IMG/VR virus record: IMGVR_UViG_3300032313_000500
Coordinates: 32,001-96,000 of that record
Direction: 5' to 3' (one strand)
DNA length: 64,000 bases
From: a virus
Part shown: positions 45,957 through 55,995 of the stretch, piece after piece
Position numbering within the stretch: position 1 is the stretch's first letter
Layout: each line of letters starts with the position of its first letter
Program-made: the position numbers and the translations under genes
The notes under the pieces: model-generated
What the model saw: only the letters and a program-made list of their open reading frames with translations
Databases searched by the model: none
Told to the model about the DNA's origin: nothing

Positions 45957-47686
45957 TTTGTTACCTTAGCGTACTCCACTACTTCAAACGGGAAAAGCCT
46001 ACCCCTCTTTATCTTGGTAGGCCATGGCCTGTCGTCACGAGCACCTCGGAAATGCTTGACATCATAAGTGTACGCCATGCCAGACGAAATGTCAGGAGTG
46101 AGCGCAATACCAAACTCCGGCCAACGGGACCACACAGCAGAACCAAACGGGCGCAACTGACGATTTGTCATGCTTTCTCCCAAAGGTGCGTGATGCTCCA
46201 ACCAAAGAGCACACTGATACGAATCTCTGATGTAGTCAAGATACTTGGCAACCTCAACGGCTACTGCTTCTGCCGTGCGACCACCTGGGTCTACGAATGC
46301 CTTGTACAGAGGACCCATGATGAGCAACTCTGGCTTCGTATCCTCAATGGCACGCTCCAACACTTCTCTATCTTCTGGCTTCATCAAATCAAAACCCGAT
46401 GGCTTGACGAGAAGTTCTGCTGTTGGCGACTTCGTGTAGCCCCGAGCAAACGCAGCATTGTAGATTTCACGAGAAGTACGCCTGATGATGCGCTCTGGGT
46501 TTTCCAAGTCCACAGTCAATGTACGTACTTGTCGCATGCGTTGATAAGTGAACGGGTGTACGCCACAACCTGAAAGTATTGCTACCTGTCTAGCAAGCAT
46601 TGTCTTACCAACGCCTTCGGCAGCAACAACAATAACTCGTTCTGTGCGCTCAATCAAATCGTCAATGACCCAATCGTAAGTGTCATCACTGCTCTCGGAA
46701 ACAAACTCACTCCACGATACTAGTCTGCCAAAATCTCTCGGCTTGTCTCTACCTGCTGACATCGCAATGCCTTGCGCTTTGATAAGCAATTGATGTGGCG
46801 ACAAGTCGTTGCGAAGCATTAGTTGCTCAAGTTTGTTCCTCGCCTCAATAAATACGTCAGGGTTAGAGACAACTTCAACCATCGGAGCGACTTCAATAGT
46901 CGGGGCAGTCGGTGCCGGCGTGTCTTCGTCAAGCAATAGGAGTTCATCTATGTCTCCACCGAGCGACAGAAAGTCAGTTATGTCTTTGTATTTCGGTGTG
47001 TGCCAAACTCGTGCTTCGCAACCAGCCTTTGACAACTCGCTACATACCGTCTTTGCGTGAGCCATCCCTGGTTCGTCATTGTCGGCAATAATCTCAACTT
47101 CTGCGCCAGCGAGAACTGCTGTGTGTATCGGCAACCACTTACCAGCACCTCCTGGCATTGTCGTTGCGATAATCCCCATGTCCATGAGAGTGTCGGCATC
47201 TTTTTCACCCTCAACAACCCAAATAGGGAAACCCTCTTTTACGGCATTGATGAGTGCTGGAAGATTGTAAAGAACTTTTGGTGTGTCGCCGAGGGAGTAT
47301 TCCCATCCACCTCTACCGTCGGGCTTGCGTTGTCGGAATGTTTTCTTCCCATCACCGTCAATGTAACGGAGTTTCTGGAATAGAAGTTCTCCGTCTTTAT
47401 CAGTGTAGTTGTAAGTTTTAGTAAGTTCAAGTTTTTCTTTGTTACGTTTTTGTGGTGGGAACAAAGATGCTTGCGTCAAACCAATTGATTCGCAAATTTC
47501 CTTACTGCTGCACGGCGAGCCCCGATGACACGAAACCAGAATGTTTCCAGTGTTGCTATCTTCGGAGATTGACAGAGATGGATTATCGTCATCATTACGA
47601 CACGGGCAACGTGCTTCCCATCCGTTAGAAGTTTCGCTTACGCCTTTTAGACGAGAAAGAAACTCGTCTGTATGCGAAGAGGACAT
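45953..47686 (-). CDS. DNA primase-helicase (Zn-binding, TOPRIM and RecA/AAA_25 domains)
   Basis: CPCRNDDDNPSLS...CHRGSPC; VVEGEKDADTL; IIADNDEPG; Walker A AAEGVGKT. Confidence 0.9.
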   Translation of the reverse strand: MSSSHTDEFLSRLKGVSETSNGWEARCPCRNDDDNPSLSISEDSNTGNILVSCHRGSPCSSKEICESIGLTQASLFPPQKRNKEKLELTKTYNYTDKDGELLFQKLRYIDGDGKKTFRQRKPDGRGGWEYSLGDTPKVLYNLPALINAVKEGFPIWVVEGEKDADTLMDMGIIATTMPGGAGKWLPIHTAVLAGAEVEIIADNDEPGMAHAKTVCSELSKAGCEARVWHTPKYKDITDFLSLGGDIDELLLLDEDTPAPTAPTIEVAPMVEVVSNPDVFIEARNKLEQLMLRNDLSPHQLLIKAQGIAMSAGRDKPRDFGRLVSWSEFVSESSDDTYDWVIDDLIERTERVIVVAAEGVGKTMLARQVAILSGCGVHPFTYQRMRQVRTLTVDLENPERIIRRTSREIYNAAFARGYTKSPTAELLVKPSGFDLMKPEDREVLERAIEDTKPELLIMGPLYKAFVDPGGRTAEAVAVEVAKYLDYIRDSYQCALWLEHHAPLGESMTNRQLRPFGSAVWSRWPEFGIALTPDISSGMAYTYDVKHFRGARDDRPWPTKIKRGRLFPFEVVEYAKVTK

Positions 47687-48045
47687 TATCGTGCTGCTTT
47701 TTCTAGGAATTGACCACCGTTTGCATCACGAAGTCCTACGCCTCTGAAAACTATGCGACCTTCACGACCGAGAGTAACATTCTTGGACCAACGCATTTCT
47801 GCTCGTTGTTGTTCTTCGTATCCACCCCAGATACCCCATGGCTCCCATTTGATTGAATACTCTAAACACTGCACGGCAATAGGACATGTAGAACAAATCT
47901 GTTTTGCCTTTGACGTGTTGACTTTTATTTCGTTTAGTTCTTCACGCTTCCCAGTTTTTTGTAGAGGGAACCACCACTCTGTTGGATAACCCTTGCAGTT
48001 ACCATTCTCTGGTGAAAAACTACCCTGTTCCAAATCAACTCCCAT
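47686..48045 (-). CDS. whiB: WhiB-family Fe-S transcription factor
   Basis: NCKG...WWFP...AKQICSTCPIAVQCLEYSI...WGIWGG. Confidence 0.92.
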   Translation of the reverse strand: MGVDLEQGSFSPENGNCKGYPTEWWFPLQKTGKREELNEIKVNTSKAKQICSTCPIAVQCLEYSIKWEPWGIWGGYEEQQRAEMRWSKNVTLGREGRIVFRGVGLRDANGGQFLEKAAR

Positions 48046-48460
48046 GCTGTTGCCCCGTTATTCTACGCACATCTCTTTCAGTAAGAAAAATCGTTGCGTA
48101 GCGCATCCGAAGGTTACCTGCGTCATCTGTCATTACAACGTCAACAGCATCAATTGGTATTCCAAAATGTGATGATAAAGATGCTTTCATCATTTGCGTT
48201 TCTGTTTCTATTGATGCGAGTTCATCATCATCAATAAAAGTAGCGCGAGGTTGTGCGATTGCTAACGAAGCCATCGTTGTCTCCACCTTCTCTGCACGCA
48301 AACACCACACGCACGCAAGTTTTGGTGCAGTCGCTGCTCTCGGTCGTTGTTCTATGTGACCACACGAAAGAACATGGTGATAAGTAACGGAGCCCCAGCC
48401 TCCAACTCGCCTTATCTCTACGACGTCTCTACGGGGCGCACGGCGATGTTCTGTCGTCAT
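48035..48460 (-). CDS. Hypothetical protein with LSCGH...CVWC zinc motif
   Basis: ORF overlapping the whiB start; Cys pattern. Confidence 0.65.
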   Translation of the reverse strand: MTTEHRRAPRRDVVEIRRVGGWGSVTYHHVLSCGHIEQRPRAATAPKLACVWCLRAEKVETTMASLAIAQPRATFIDDDELASIETETQMMKASLSSHFGIPIDAVDVVMTDDAGNLRMRYATIFLTERDVRRITGQQHGS

Positions 48461-48475
48461 GAGTCATACAATAAC

Positions 48476-48505
48476 AAAACCCCACCCGAATAAACGGATG
48501 GGGCG
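48476..48505 (-). terminator. Terminator downstream of ssb
   Basis: Minus strand GCCCCATCCG-TTTATT-CGGGTGGGGT-TTTG. Confidence 0.65.
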
Positions 48506-48545
48506 TTGTATCTACCGTTTCGCACTCACTGGTGCGACTTACGAT

Positions 48546-48977
48546 TTAGAAAGGTTCGTCTGATGGAACTGTTTCTTTGGTTCGCTTAGGTGTCGGCTTC
48601 GCTGACGAATCATTTGATGAAGCACGACGACGCTCAATTGATTCAAGTGAACCGGTACGGATTCCGATTTCCATTGCCTTGATTTCAATTGTTGAACGCT
48701 TCTGTCCAGAATCTTTGTCGTCCCATGAACGTTGGTCCAGAGTCCCGACGATGACCACGCCCACACCCTTTTCCAGCACATTCGCTGAGTTCTCTGCGAG
48801 GTATCCCCATGCGACGATGTTGAAGAACGATGTCTTCTCCACCTTCTCACCAGAAGCATCCACATAGTTGTCGTTCACAGCGACAGAAAACTTCAACTGA
48901 GCCTTCTGATTAGAAGTGAACTTCAGTTCTGGGTCTGATGTGAGGTTTCCCACAATTGTTGTTGGTGTAATTGCCAT
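48546..48977 (-). CDS. ssb: Single-stranded DNA-binding protein
   Basis: TIVGNLTSDPELKFT...FFNIVAWGYLAEN...GTLDQRSW; acidic DEPF tail; GGAG RBS. Confidence 0.95.
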   Translation of the reverse strand: MAITPTTIVGNLTSDPELKFTSNQKAQLKFSVAVNDNYVDASGEKVEKTSFFNIVAWGYLAENSANVLEKGVGVVIVGTLDQRSWDDKDSGQKRSTIEIKAMEIGIRTGSLESIERRRASSNDSSAKPTPKRTKETVPSDEPF

Positions 48978-49050
48978 GTTGTTTTCTCCAATGTTCGGGG
49001 GGTTGTCCAACTGGTTGTAAGACTACCTTCTTATGTGTAGAATCGCAACT

Positions 49051-49326
49051 ATGAGTAAAAAAAACGAGTTTGAAGTTCGCCTTGAGGTAATCAAGCACAT
49101 GTCAATCATGCTTCTAGAGATGTCGGAAGTTGATTTTGAGAACCTGAGCCCCGAAGACGAGACAATGATGTTGGAAGACTTTGAGGAAGTTGCTGGTCAT
49201 CTACTTGACTCGGTCGGTTTTGAGCCCTCAAGTAGCGAAGATGGCGTCAGTTTTACGGCAAAAATGAGCATTATGGACCCCGAAAAATACATTACAGATT
49301 TTTTAGACAAAAGTGGTGATTCCTAA
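49051..49326 (+). CDS. Acidic hypothetical protein
   Basis: TAGAAT box 7 nt before ATG49051. Confidence 0.6.
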   Translation: MSKKNEFEVRLEVIKHMSIMLLEMSEVDFENLSPEDETMMLEDFEEVAGHLLDSVGFEPSSSEDGVSFTAKMSIMDPEKYITDFLDKSGDS

Positions 49327-49498
49327 CCCTTACCCCACAAGGGTTTCCCGAGGCTGAAATCTTAATTCCTTGCTACGCAAGGGTTTCGCAATGGTTGACG
49401 TAGCCATAAAAATTGGTAAAATAGTTATGTTCAGTTAAAACACTGACGACGACATAGGCAAGCGCCTGTTATTTGCTTGTTGACCTATCCGCCGAACA

Positions 49499-50299
49499 TT
49501 GGAGAACACCTTGACCAGAAAACACTTCTTATTGGCTTTTGCCATCTTCTTTGTTGTATTAATACCAGCAGCGGTATTTGCTCAAAGTCCACCGCAAGAC
49601 ATTTCCACCGGGACTGTCACAGTGGTGGTGAAGGAGGTGATGTCAAAAAACAGTGTGTTAATAAGGTCAACTCTCACAAAAAACGACAAAGCCACAGCAA
49701 CGCTAGAGTTCTGGAACCAACTCGCAGTGTGTGAAACAAACAGCAACTGGCAAGATACGGGTCAATACGCAGGTGGCTTAGGTATCTACACAAAAGGCGA
49801 GTTCCCTGATTCAGACATGGGTACTTGGGAACGATGGGGTGGTGAAGAGTTCGCTCCTTCCCCTGACAAAGCAACCAAAGAACAACAAATCATTGTCGCT
49901 AACCGTATTTCGGTAGAAGGTTGGAAAACAACAGTCACTCGTGACGCAGACAAAGCCAGACGCATGGGTGTCCCGCAGGTGTATGTATGGGATAAAGAAC
50001 CAGTCGGATTTGGTGGTTGGGGTTGCTACAAATCAAAGTCAACAGGCAAGTACAGAATGGCTAAACCTCGCCTCTATTATCACGACAAACCACACTTAGT
50101 TCCTCTTGCTCAGTTCTATTTCAATGAGCGAGGCATTATTGTCAAAGACTTGCAAACTTTCCTTCGCATCACAGTAGACGGACACTACGGAGTCAAGACT
50201 AGAGAAGCCCATTCTAAATGGCTCAAAAGCAAGCGTCTCCCCACCGAGGGAGTGCCAGCAATACCTACACAGCGAGTGGTAATTACTTCAACAAAGTGA
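49499..50299 (+). CDS. Secreted resuscitation-promoting-factor-like lytic transglycosylase with C-terminal peptidoglycan-binding segment
   Basis: N-terminal hydrophobic signal; WNQLAVCETNSNW...YAGGLG...TWERWGGEEFAPSPDKATKEQQIIVANRI; VKDLQTFLRITVDGHYGVKT. Confidence 0.85.
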   Translation: MENTLTRKHFLLAFAIFFVVLIPAAVFAQSPPQDISTGTVTVVVKEVMSKNSVLIRSTLTKNDKATATLEFWNQLAVCETNSNWQDTGQYAGGLGIYTKGEFPDSDMGTWERWGGEEFAPSPDKATKEQQIIVANRISVEGWKTTVTRDADKARRMGVPQVYVWDKEPVGFGGWGCYKSKSTGKYRMAKPRLYYHDKPHLVPLAQFYFNERGIIVKDLQTFLRITVDGHYGVKTREAHSKWLKSKRLPTEGVPAIPTQRVVITSTK

Positions 50300-50311
50300 T
50301 ACATTCACAGC

Positions 50312-50653
50312 ATGTACTCATCACCACTTGAAGACCCAACGTTCAGAGTCCCGAACCTAACAGTTGGGGAAGTTGAACTCCTGCTTAGCGATAACGCAGA
50401 AACAATCAAACTCCTGCTTGGTGTGGTACGTGAATGGTTCGTTCCAATGATGTATCACTACTCTGAGGAGTATTGGTGCGCTGGCTGGCTTCAAGACCTT
50501 GAAGTGCAACTCCCTCAAATGATTCCTTCAGTGGCCATCGCCGCGGGACTTCTGGGAGAAATACCTTTCTGGGATGATTCGGTGGAGTTGAAAGACTTTG
50601 ATGTAGACCCAATTCGTTGGAAAAAGTACGATGTCACGCAAATCGCTGATTGA
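50312..50653 (+). CDS. Hypothetical protein
   Basis: TACATT-6 nt-ATG start; 113 aa. Confidence 0.6.
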   Translation: MYSSPLEDPTFRVPNLTVGEVELLLSDNAETIKLLLGVVREWFVPMMYHYSEEYWCAGWLQDLEVQLPQMIPSVAIAAGLLGEIPFWDDSVELKDFDVDPIRWKKYDVTQIAD

Positions 50654-50807
50654 CCAATACGGTTCCGAAGTAATACTCCGTTGTAAATGTGGAGACATTC
50701 CCTCGCATATGATGGATATGAAAGTCCCGAGATGCCCAGTATGCCGTGAGGTTACGGAAGTTCTTTTTGGTGCTAACTGGGAATCAATAAAAGATAAATA
50801 CAAATAA
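50631..50807 (+). CDS. Small zinc-ribbon protein (58 aa; not in the track)
   Basis: MSRKSLIDQYGSEVILRCKCGD...PRCPVCREV... Confidence 0.55.
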   Translation: MSRKSLIDQYGSEVILRCKCGDIPSHMMDMKVPRCPVCREVTEVLFGANWESIKDKYK

Positions 50808-50816
50808 AAGTTGTAT

Positions 50817-51158
50817 TTACGACCTCTTACCCATATTATGGAAGAAGAGATTATGAGTAGCACGGTTCTGGACAATCCAACCCTTTGGTCGCTTATCAAG
50901 CATCAAGTGCTCTGAAGGTCCGAGCCTGACGACCTTGCCACACGGATACTTGGTCGCTTCACTCGGTGCGTACATCAAACACACAGAGCATCTCTCAACT
51001 GTTTGAAACTCAGGCTTTGGACTCACGCCTCCCAATAGTGGGTCTTCCACTACCTCAAACTTGTGCGTCAAAAGGTTTTCCTGTGCTTCTTCTTCCGAGC
51101 CAGCAAACGGGACTGCGTCACCAGGCGCAAGTTGATACTTTCCTCCGAAAAGACTCAC
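50817..51158 (-). CDS. Hypothetical protein
   Basis: GTGA overlap with the upstream gene; CSVC..C motif. Confidence 0.5.
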   Translation of the reverse strand: MSLFGGKYQLAPGDAVPFAGSEEEAQENLLTHKFEVVEDPLLGGVSPKPEFQTVERCSVCLMYAPSEATKYPCGKVVRLGPSEHLMLDKRPKGWIVQNRATHNLFFHNMGKRS

Positions 51159-51550
51159 GCTTCTACCTCGGGTTCCATGATTTCGTCAACAATCAGTTTG
51201 GCGTACTTGCGACGCAAACGCCATAACTTTTCGTTTAGTTCTTTAAAGGACTGTGTGTGTCGTGCCTTTGATGAAATGTGTGGGTCAAAAGTCCCGTACT
51301 TCTTGAAAGCGATGTTGTCAAGGTCGGGAGACTCAAGAATGATGTCTGAAATCCAATCGGCTTTCTTGTCCATTGAGAGCATTAGTTCGCACATCCCGTC
51401 GTAACCGAATTCGTTGTAAACCTTGTGTGCAACAATGTCGCAGTAGTGCTTACGATAAATTTGCTCTGATGTACCTGCGCTCATGAATTGACTAAGAAAC
51501 TCAGCCATCATCTCGGTTGGTTCACCTTCGGATTCAAATGATTCGTCCAT
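51155..51550 (-). CDS. Hypothetical protein
   Basis: Preceded by TTGACA-17-TAGTAT. Confidence 0.65.
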   Translation of the reverse strand: MDESFESEGEPTEMMAEFLSQFMSAGTSEQIYRKHYCDIVAHKVYNEFGYDGMCELMLSMDKKADWISDIILESPDLDNIAFKKYGTFDPHISSKARHTQSFKELNEKLWRLRRKYAKLIVDEIMEPEVEA

Positions 51551-51592
51551 AAGCCCCCATTGTAGTCATACTAATTATGACACTCGGGTGTG

Positions 51593-52618
51593 TCAAGCAA
51601 GTGCAAGAATAATTGACTGGGTTTCTGCTTTTTTGCGTGTAACCCATGAGTTGTTATCCATTGAGGCAATTGCTCGCTCTTCTGGTCTGGCGTCCCGATA
51701 ATGGTCCAAGTACTCGCCGACAGCGTTGTATGCCGACCAACCATTGAAACCGTAACCACCAGCGTTCTTGTCGTTGATGTACAAACCACGAACAAGTAAA
51801 TGGATGTCGTCAACATTTTTCTTTTGACGGTCTGTTTCGTTTTTCTTGTGAGGAAACACGCCGTTTACGATTTTGTCAAGGGCTGAAGAACCGGCCGGGA
51901 CTGGCACTCCCAAAAGTTGCTTAGCAGTTGCTTCAAACCCACTTGCCCACATGGTGGAGAGTTTCAACACTTCGGTCGCATCTTCAATCGCTGCTTCTGC
52001 GTTACGGGTGTGTCGTGCTGTGAAGACTGCGCTGGCCGCACCGAGTCCCGCGACGACTGTGTTCTTGCAGACGGCTCGGATTGATGTGTTTGCGTAAGTA
52101 ATTGCTGTTTTGCCATCGTGTCCGTTGCGAACAAGCAAGTAACGCTGAATCTTGTCATTGATTCCATTTGGGTCAATAATAAGTGCGCCTAAGTCAAGAC
52201 ATGCGAAAAACTCACGACCATCGTTGAGGACACCACATGTATCCACGATTGCGTCGCCGGCCGAGGCCCCGACAATAGCCAGAGCACGGTCAAGGCAGTC
52301 CTTGTTTTGCTGAACAACGAAACGAGTTCCGACTGTGGACAAACCATCAATAGTTCCATTTGGGTTCACCCGAACTGTCGCACGGCTGTCTGAGATGAAT
52401 ACGGGGCTCCCGTCGGGATTGCGAAGGGGGTTCAGGTCGTCATCAACAGCAATCACCTTTGTAAGGGCGACATCAAAGTCTGCCTGTGCTGCCGTGAGCA
52501 TCGCCTCAGCCGTCTGGAGACCAGCCATAGGCTGACCCAGTCTGTGCCAAGGGATTTCCCTGTCGGCGTAAGCCATCTTGGCTCTACCCATTACGTCTCG
52601 TTCTAGTTCATGTGCCAT
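51593..52618 (-). CDS. DUF932-family phage/plasmid protein
   Basis: MAHELE...PWHRLG...VVQNKDC...CGVLNDGREFF...YLLVRNGHDG...IRAVCKNT. Confidence 0.85.
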   Translation of the reverse strand: MAHELERDVMGRAKMAYADREIPWHRLGQPMAGLQTAEAMLTAAQADFDVALTKVIAVDDDLNPLRNPDGSPVFISDSRATVRVNPNGTIDGLSTVGTRFVVQQNKDCLDRALAIVGASAGDAIVDTCGVLNDGREFFACLDLGALIIDPNGINDKIQRYLLVRNGHDGKTAITYANTSIRAVCKNTVVAGLGAASAVFTARHTRNAEAAIEDATEVLKLSTMWASGFEATAKQLLGVPVPAGSSALDKIVNGVFPHKKNETDRQKKNVDDIHLLVRGLYINDKNAGGYGFNGWSAYNAVGEYLDHYRDARPEERAIASMDNNSWVTRKKAETQSIILALA

Positions 52619-52734
52619 CTCTAAGCCTTCCGTTAGATTTATGAGAAAGCATACTACGGAATAATGAAATACACAACTTCGTTGAGAAGTTTGTGAGCCC
52701 AGCGTTTTGGCTTGCTGATGTGAGTTGGTACAGC

Positions 52735-52770
52735 AAAAAGCCCACCTGCCGAGGGGTAGCAGGTGGGCTT
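52735..52770 (-). terminator. Rho-independent terminator
   Basis: Minus strand AAGCCCACCTGC-TACCCCTCG-GCAGGTGGGC-TTTTT. Confidence 0.8.
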
Positions 52771-52780
52771 CAGAGCCTTA

Positions 52781-52906
52781 TCAGAATGGGGATTTTGTTT
52801 TCTTTTTCATTACACTTTTTAGTTCCACTCGTGTAATTCGGAGAGTGATGAACCCTGCAACAATTGTTACTGCCAGCAGGGGGTGAATGTTTACTGCTAA
52901 GTCCAT
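52781..52906 (-). CDS. Small membrane peptide (41 aa)
   Basis: MDLAVNIHPLLAVTIVAGFITLRITRVELKSVMKKKTKSPF; overlaps the upstream stop. Confidence 0.45.
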   Translation of the reverse strand: MDLAVNIHPLLAVTIVAGFITLRITRVELKSVMKKKTKSPF

Positions 52907-53040
52907 TTCTTGACCTTCTTTCGCACCTTGATTTTGTATCCGTTGAAACGAAGTAGTTGCATGATGTGTTCGGGTATTCCGTCAGTAATCACTATCCCCT
53001 TTTGGTTCAGGGCTAGACGAATAATGTCTTTTTTCTTCAT
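52897..53040 (-). CDS. Small basic early protein (47 aa)
   Basis: Leaderless ATG at a promoter copy; MKKKDIIRLALNQKGIVITDGIPEH... Confidence 0.6.
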   Translation of the reverse strand: MKKKDIIRLALNQKGIVITDGIPEHIMQLLRFNGYKIKVRKKVKKWT

Positions 53041-53102
53041 ACCTTCATACTAACGGTAGAAAGAACTAAAAACAACCTGTCGCCTACTTTTTTTGGTGGA
53101 GA

Positions 53103-53291
53103 CTAAATGCCCCACACCTTGCGCCACATCTCTGCGACTACTTCCGCCTGCGCCTCGCTGAGGCAAGGAATGGTGTAGTTGAAAGAGTCAGAGGAGTCTC
53201 CTGTTGGACTAGAAACCCAAACCTCTACTCGTGAGCCCTGTGCGTAACAAGCGGTTACGCTTCCCTTCATATGTACTGTTGTGTTGTTCAT
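53103..53291 (-). CDS. Small early protein (62 aa)
   Basis: Leaderless ATG at a promoter copy. Confidence 0.65.
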   Translation of the reverse strand: MNNTTVHMKGSVTACYAQGSRVEVWVSSPTGDSSDSFNYTIPCLSEAQAEVVAEMWRKVWGI

Positions 53292-53330
53292 ACCTTCAAT
53301 GTATCGGTAGTAAGAGGTAAAAACAACCTC

Positions 53331-55244
53331 TCAAACACCTTTTCTGAATAATCCCATCAGCAGTTCACCCAACGAGTCGGCTTCAGCGGCGGGACCCCCG
53401 TCCACGGCTTGATTGACCACGCCACGCTTGCGCTCAATGAGTGAATAAATCTCCTCGTCAATGGTTCCATCACACAACAAATAAGTTGCGGTGACGGAAG
53501 ACTTCTGTCCCAACCTATGACAGCGACTGTAAGTTTGGTCAATGTCAGCGGGTGTCCACGGAAGTTCTACGAATAAAACGTCTTGTGCGACTTGCAGGTT
53601 ATGCCCCGTCTTCGCTGCTTGGATTGAGAGAACGATGACTGGTGCTTCTTCACATGGCAATGTCATAAACTTGTGCTTCTGCGCTTCTATCTCGTTGATG
53701 TCCATTCCCCCTTGGATGCGCAAGTTACCGAACGCAAGTGCGAGTTCATCCACTACATCCCTGTGGTGGGCAGCGATGACGACTTTGCGTCCTTCGGCTA
53801 CGCGGGACTCAACCCATTCTTTGATAACGGGCATTTTTGCTTTTGCTGACAAGCGACGCAGAACAGAAAGGCGAACTAAGTGCTGGTTTGACTCTGCTTT
53901 GATTTTGGCAACAACAGCAGCAGAGTTTGGATTCAGTCCAAGTTCCAGTGCTATCTCTTTTGCTCGTTGGACAAGGTACTCAATGATGTCAGTTTCGGCT
54001 TTTCTGTATTCTTTCATTCCGGCCGCAGTCCCGTCAACAAGCACGGGGTCGTGAACAACAGGGGGTAGGTCGGATAAAACTTGTTCCTTTGTGCGCCGAA
54101 TGTAACAAGTTGAGCGAAGTAAGTCATTTAGTTCATCAAGATTGCTATGTCCATCAAGATGCCATTGGCCCCACTTGTCTTTGAAGGCCCCGCAATAGCG
54201 TCTGTAGAAACCCCACTCTCCTCCGAACTTATCTAACTTTCCAAGAATGTTTAGTTGGCTTGCGTACTCGGCTGGTCGGTTGGTAACTGGAGTTCCCGTC
54301 AAACACAGAACAATTCCTTCTTTCGGGGCTGACCGTGCGATTTTCACGGCACTCTTAGTTCGCTGTGCTGTTGGCGTCTTGCAATAGTGACTTTCGTCAA
54401 AAACATACGACCTGTGGTTTGAGAGTTGTTTTTCCCACTTATTAAGGTTAGAATAACTAATAACGACTACATCATAATCAGAAGGAAACTCTTTACGGTC
54501 TTTTACGACTGCGACCTTCTTGTGTGGGAGCCACCTGTTGTATTCTGCTTTCCAGTTCAACACGAGTGTGGCGGGACAGACAACAACGGCTGGATAAGAG
54601 TCGTACACATACTCCAATGTCGCAATGGCTTGCAATGTTTTTCCCAAGCCCATCTCGTCTGCAATGAAAGTACGCCGTGCATTACTTGCGTAAGCAACCC
54701 CTGCTCGTTGATACGGCAGTAACGTTCCCGTCAGTCCCGTCACTTCAATCTCAGCATCAGTGAGTCGTGATGCTTCTCTAAGTTCCGAGAGCGATGTGTC
54801 TACTGCTTTGAGCATTTCACGAACTTCGTCAGGAACCTGTTGTTTGAAAGTGTCACCCCACTTCACGACATCGGCGATGCTGGTAACCGGGGCTCGCCAT
54901 GCCATCGTCTTCTTGTCCCAAGTAACTCCTGCTACCTGTTTGACTGACTGAATCATCACTCTGTCGTAACCAAAGGACATTGTCAGCCATTTGCCGTCGT
55001 AGTTGATGCCCCGTGCTTCGTTCTTATGAGAGGGCAATGTAAACAAGAGGACTTCGGGGTCAATGTCAAAGTCGTTGTCCTGTGCGAACTGCCTTGCTTC
55101 TTCCAGACTCGCCATCGGGGCTCGCCAGACACGGGAAACCTTGTCCCACTTCGCCCCTTTTATCTGTTTGACTTTTGCTACCTCGCCTATGTCGTAAGGA
55201 AAGTCAAGAACTAGGTGGTCATCGTCAAGGCTGAGTTTTTTCAC
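53331..55244 (-). CDS. SNF2-family (SMARCAL1/HARP-like) helicase
   Basis: ADEMGLGKT, FDESH, LTGTP, AAKTGHNL, SRCHRLGQ; TATGAT-6 nt-GTG start. Confidence 0.92.
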   Translation of the reverse strand: MKKLSLDDDHLVLDFPYDIGEVAKVKQIKGAKWDKVSRVWRAPMASLEEARQFAQDNDFDIDPEVLLFTLPSHKNEARGINYDGKWLTMSFGYDRVMIQSVKQVAGVTWDKKTMAWRAPVTSIADVVKWGDTFKQQVPDEVREMLKAVDTSLSELREASRLTDAEIEVTGLTGTLLPYQRAGVAYASNARRTFIADEMGLGKTLQAIATLEYVYDSYPAVVVCPATLVLNWKAEYNRWLPHKKVAVVKDRKEFPSDYDVVVISYSNLNKWEKQLSNHRSYVFDESHYCKTPTAQRTKSAVKIARSAPKEGIVLCLTGTPVTNRPAEYASQLNILGKLDKFGGEWGFYRRYCGAFKDKWGQWHLDGHSNLDELNDLLRSTCYIRRTKEQVLSDLPPVVHDPVLVDGTAAGMKEYRKAETDIIEYLVQRAKEIALELGLNPNSAAVVAKIKAESNQHLVRLSVLRRLSAKAKMPVIKEWVESRVAEGRKVVIAAHHRDVVDELALAFGNLRIQGGMDINEIEAQKHKFMTLPCEEAPVIVLSIQAAKTGHNLQVAQDVLFVELPWTPADIDQTYSRCHRLGQKSSVTATYLLCDGTIDEEIYSLIERKRGVVNQAVDGGPAAEADSLGELLMGLFRKGV

Positions 55245-55294
55245 ACCCGCATCATAGCCCAGCGTTTGCGTTTGCGTGTTTGTGGGCAGACAGC

Positions 55295-55328
55295 AAAGAG
55301 CCCGCCAGCGGAGGGCACTGGCGGGCTC
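55295..55328 (-). terminator. Terminator after the mini zinc-finger gene
   Basis: GAGCCCGCCAG-TGCCCTCCG-CTGGCGGGCTC-TTT. Confidence 0.8.
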
Positions 55329-55343
55329 TGTGTGGACTGTGCG

Positions 55344-55433
55344 TCAGTCGCAGTGGTCGTGGTCTGGGTAGTCGTACCCGATTGGTTCGCCACAAGCGGA
55401 ACATCTGTTCATTTTTTCCTCCTCCTCATTCAT
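55344..55433 (-). CDS. Mini zinc-finger peptide (29 aa; internal start gives 22 aa)
   Basis: MNEEEEKMNRCSACGEPIGYDYPDHDHCD between a promoter copy and a terminator. Confidence 0.55.
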   Translation of the reverse strand: MNEEEEKMNRCSACGEPIGYDYPDHDHCD

Positions 55434-55536
55434 ACCTTCACTCTATCGGTAATAAAAGGTAAAGACAACCCGAAACAAAAGAAAGTTATTTACAGCCTTT
55501 TCTCCCGCGCCATGAGCCCAGCGTTTGCGCTTGACC

Positions 55537-55797
55537 TCACTTGCCTAACTGAATGGTGTCGCCCGTGTGGATAGTAGTCGTGTCTAGAAGTTCGGCTATG
55601 TCCCAACTTGCTTGGAGCGTGTGACCCGAACAGTATCTCTCGGTAATTTCTGAAAGAGTGTCGCCTCGCTCTACCGTCACGCTCACAGCGGGGCAGGAGT
55701 AGTCGTACTTGCTGTCAATGATGTTGCTGATTAGCAGGGCTACTGGCACCAATACGATAATGCCAACGGCTATGCGCCTTCTGATGTATTTACTCAT
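55537..55797 (-). CDS. Membrane-anchored LysM-domain protein
   Basis: RRRIAVGIIVLVPVALLI TM segment; VTVERGDTLSEITERYC...TIHTGDTIQL. Confidence 0.85.
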   Translation of the reverse strand: MSKYIRRRIAVGIIVLVPVALLISNIIDSKYDYSCPAVSVTVERGDTLSEITERYCSGHTLQASWDIAELLDTTTIHTGDTIQLGK

Positions 55798-55995
55798 AAC
55801 TTCACTCTATCGGTAATAGAGGGTAAACACAACCTCAAACAAAATAAAGTTATACACAGAGTTATACACAGCCCACGCTGCGCTAAAACAAAAAACATCA
55901 TTCCTAATCTACTAACGGTGGCGGAAAGCAAATGGGAATAACTGTCTAGACGCAAGAAGACAACGACGGGGCTGCGGCGGGAACGTGCAAAAAAC

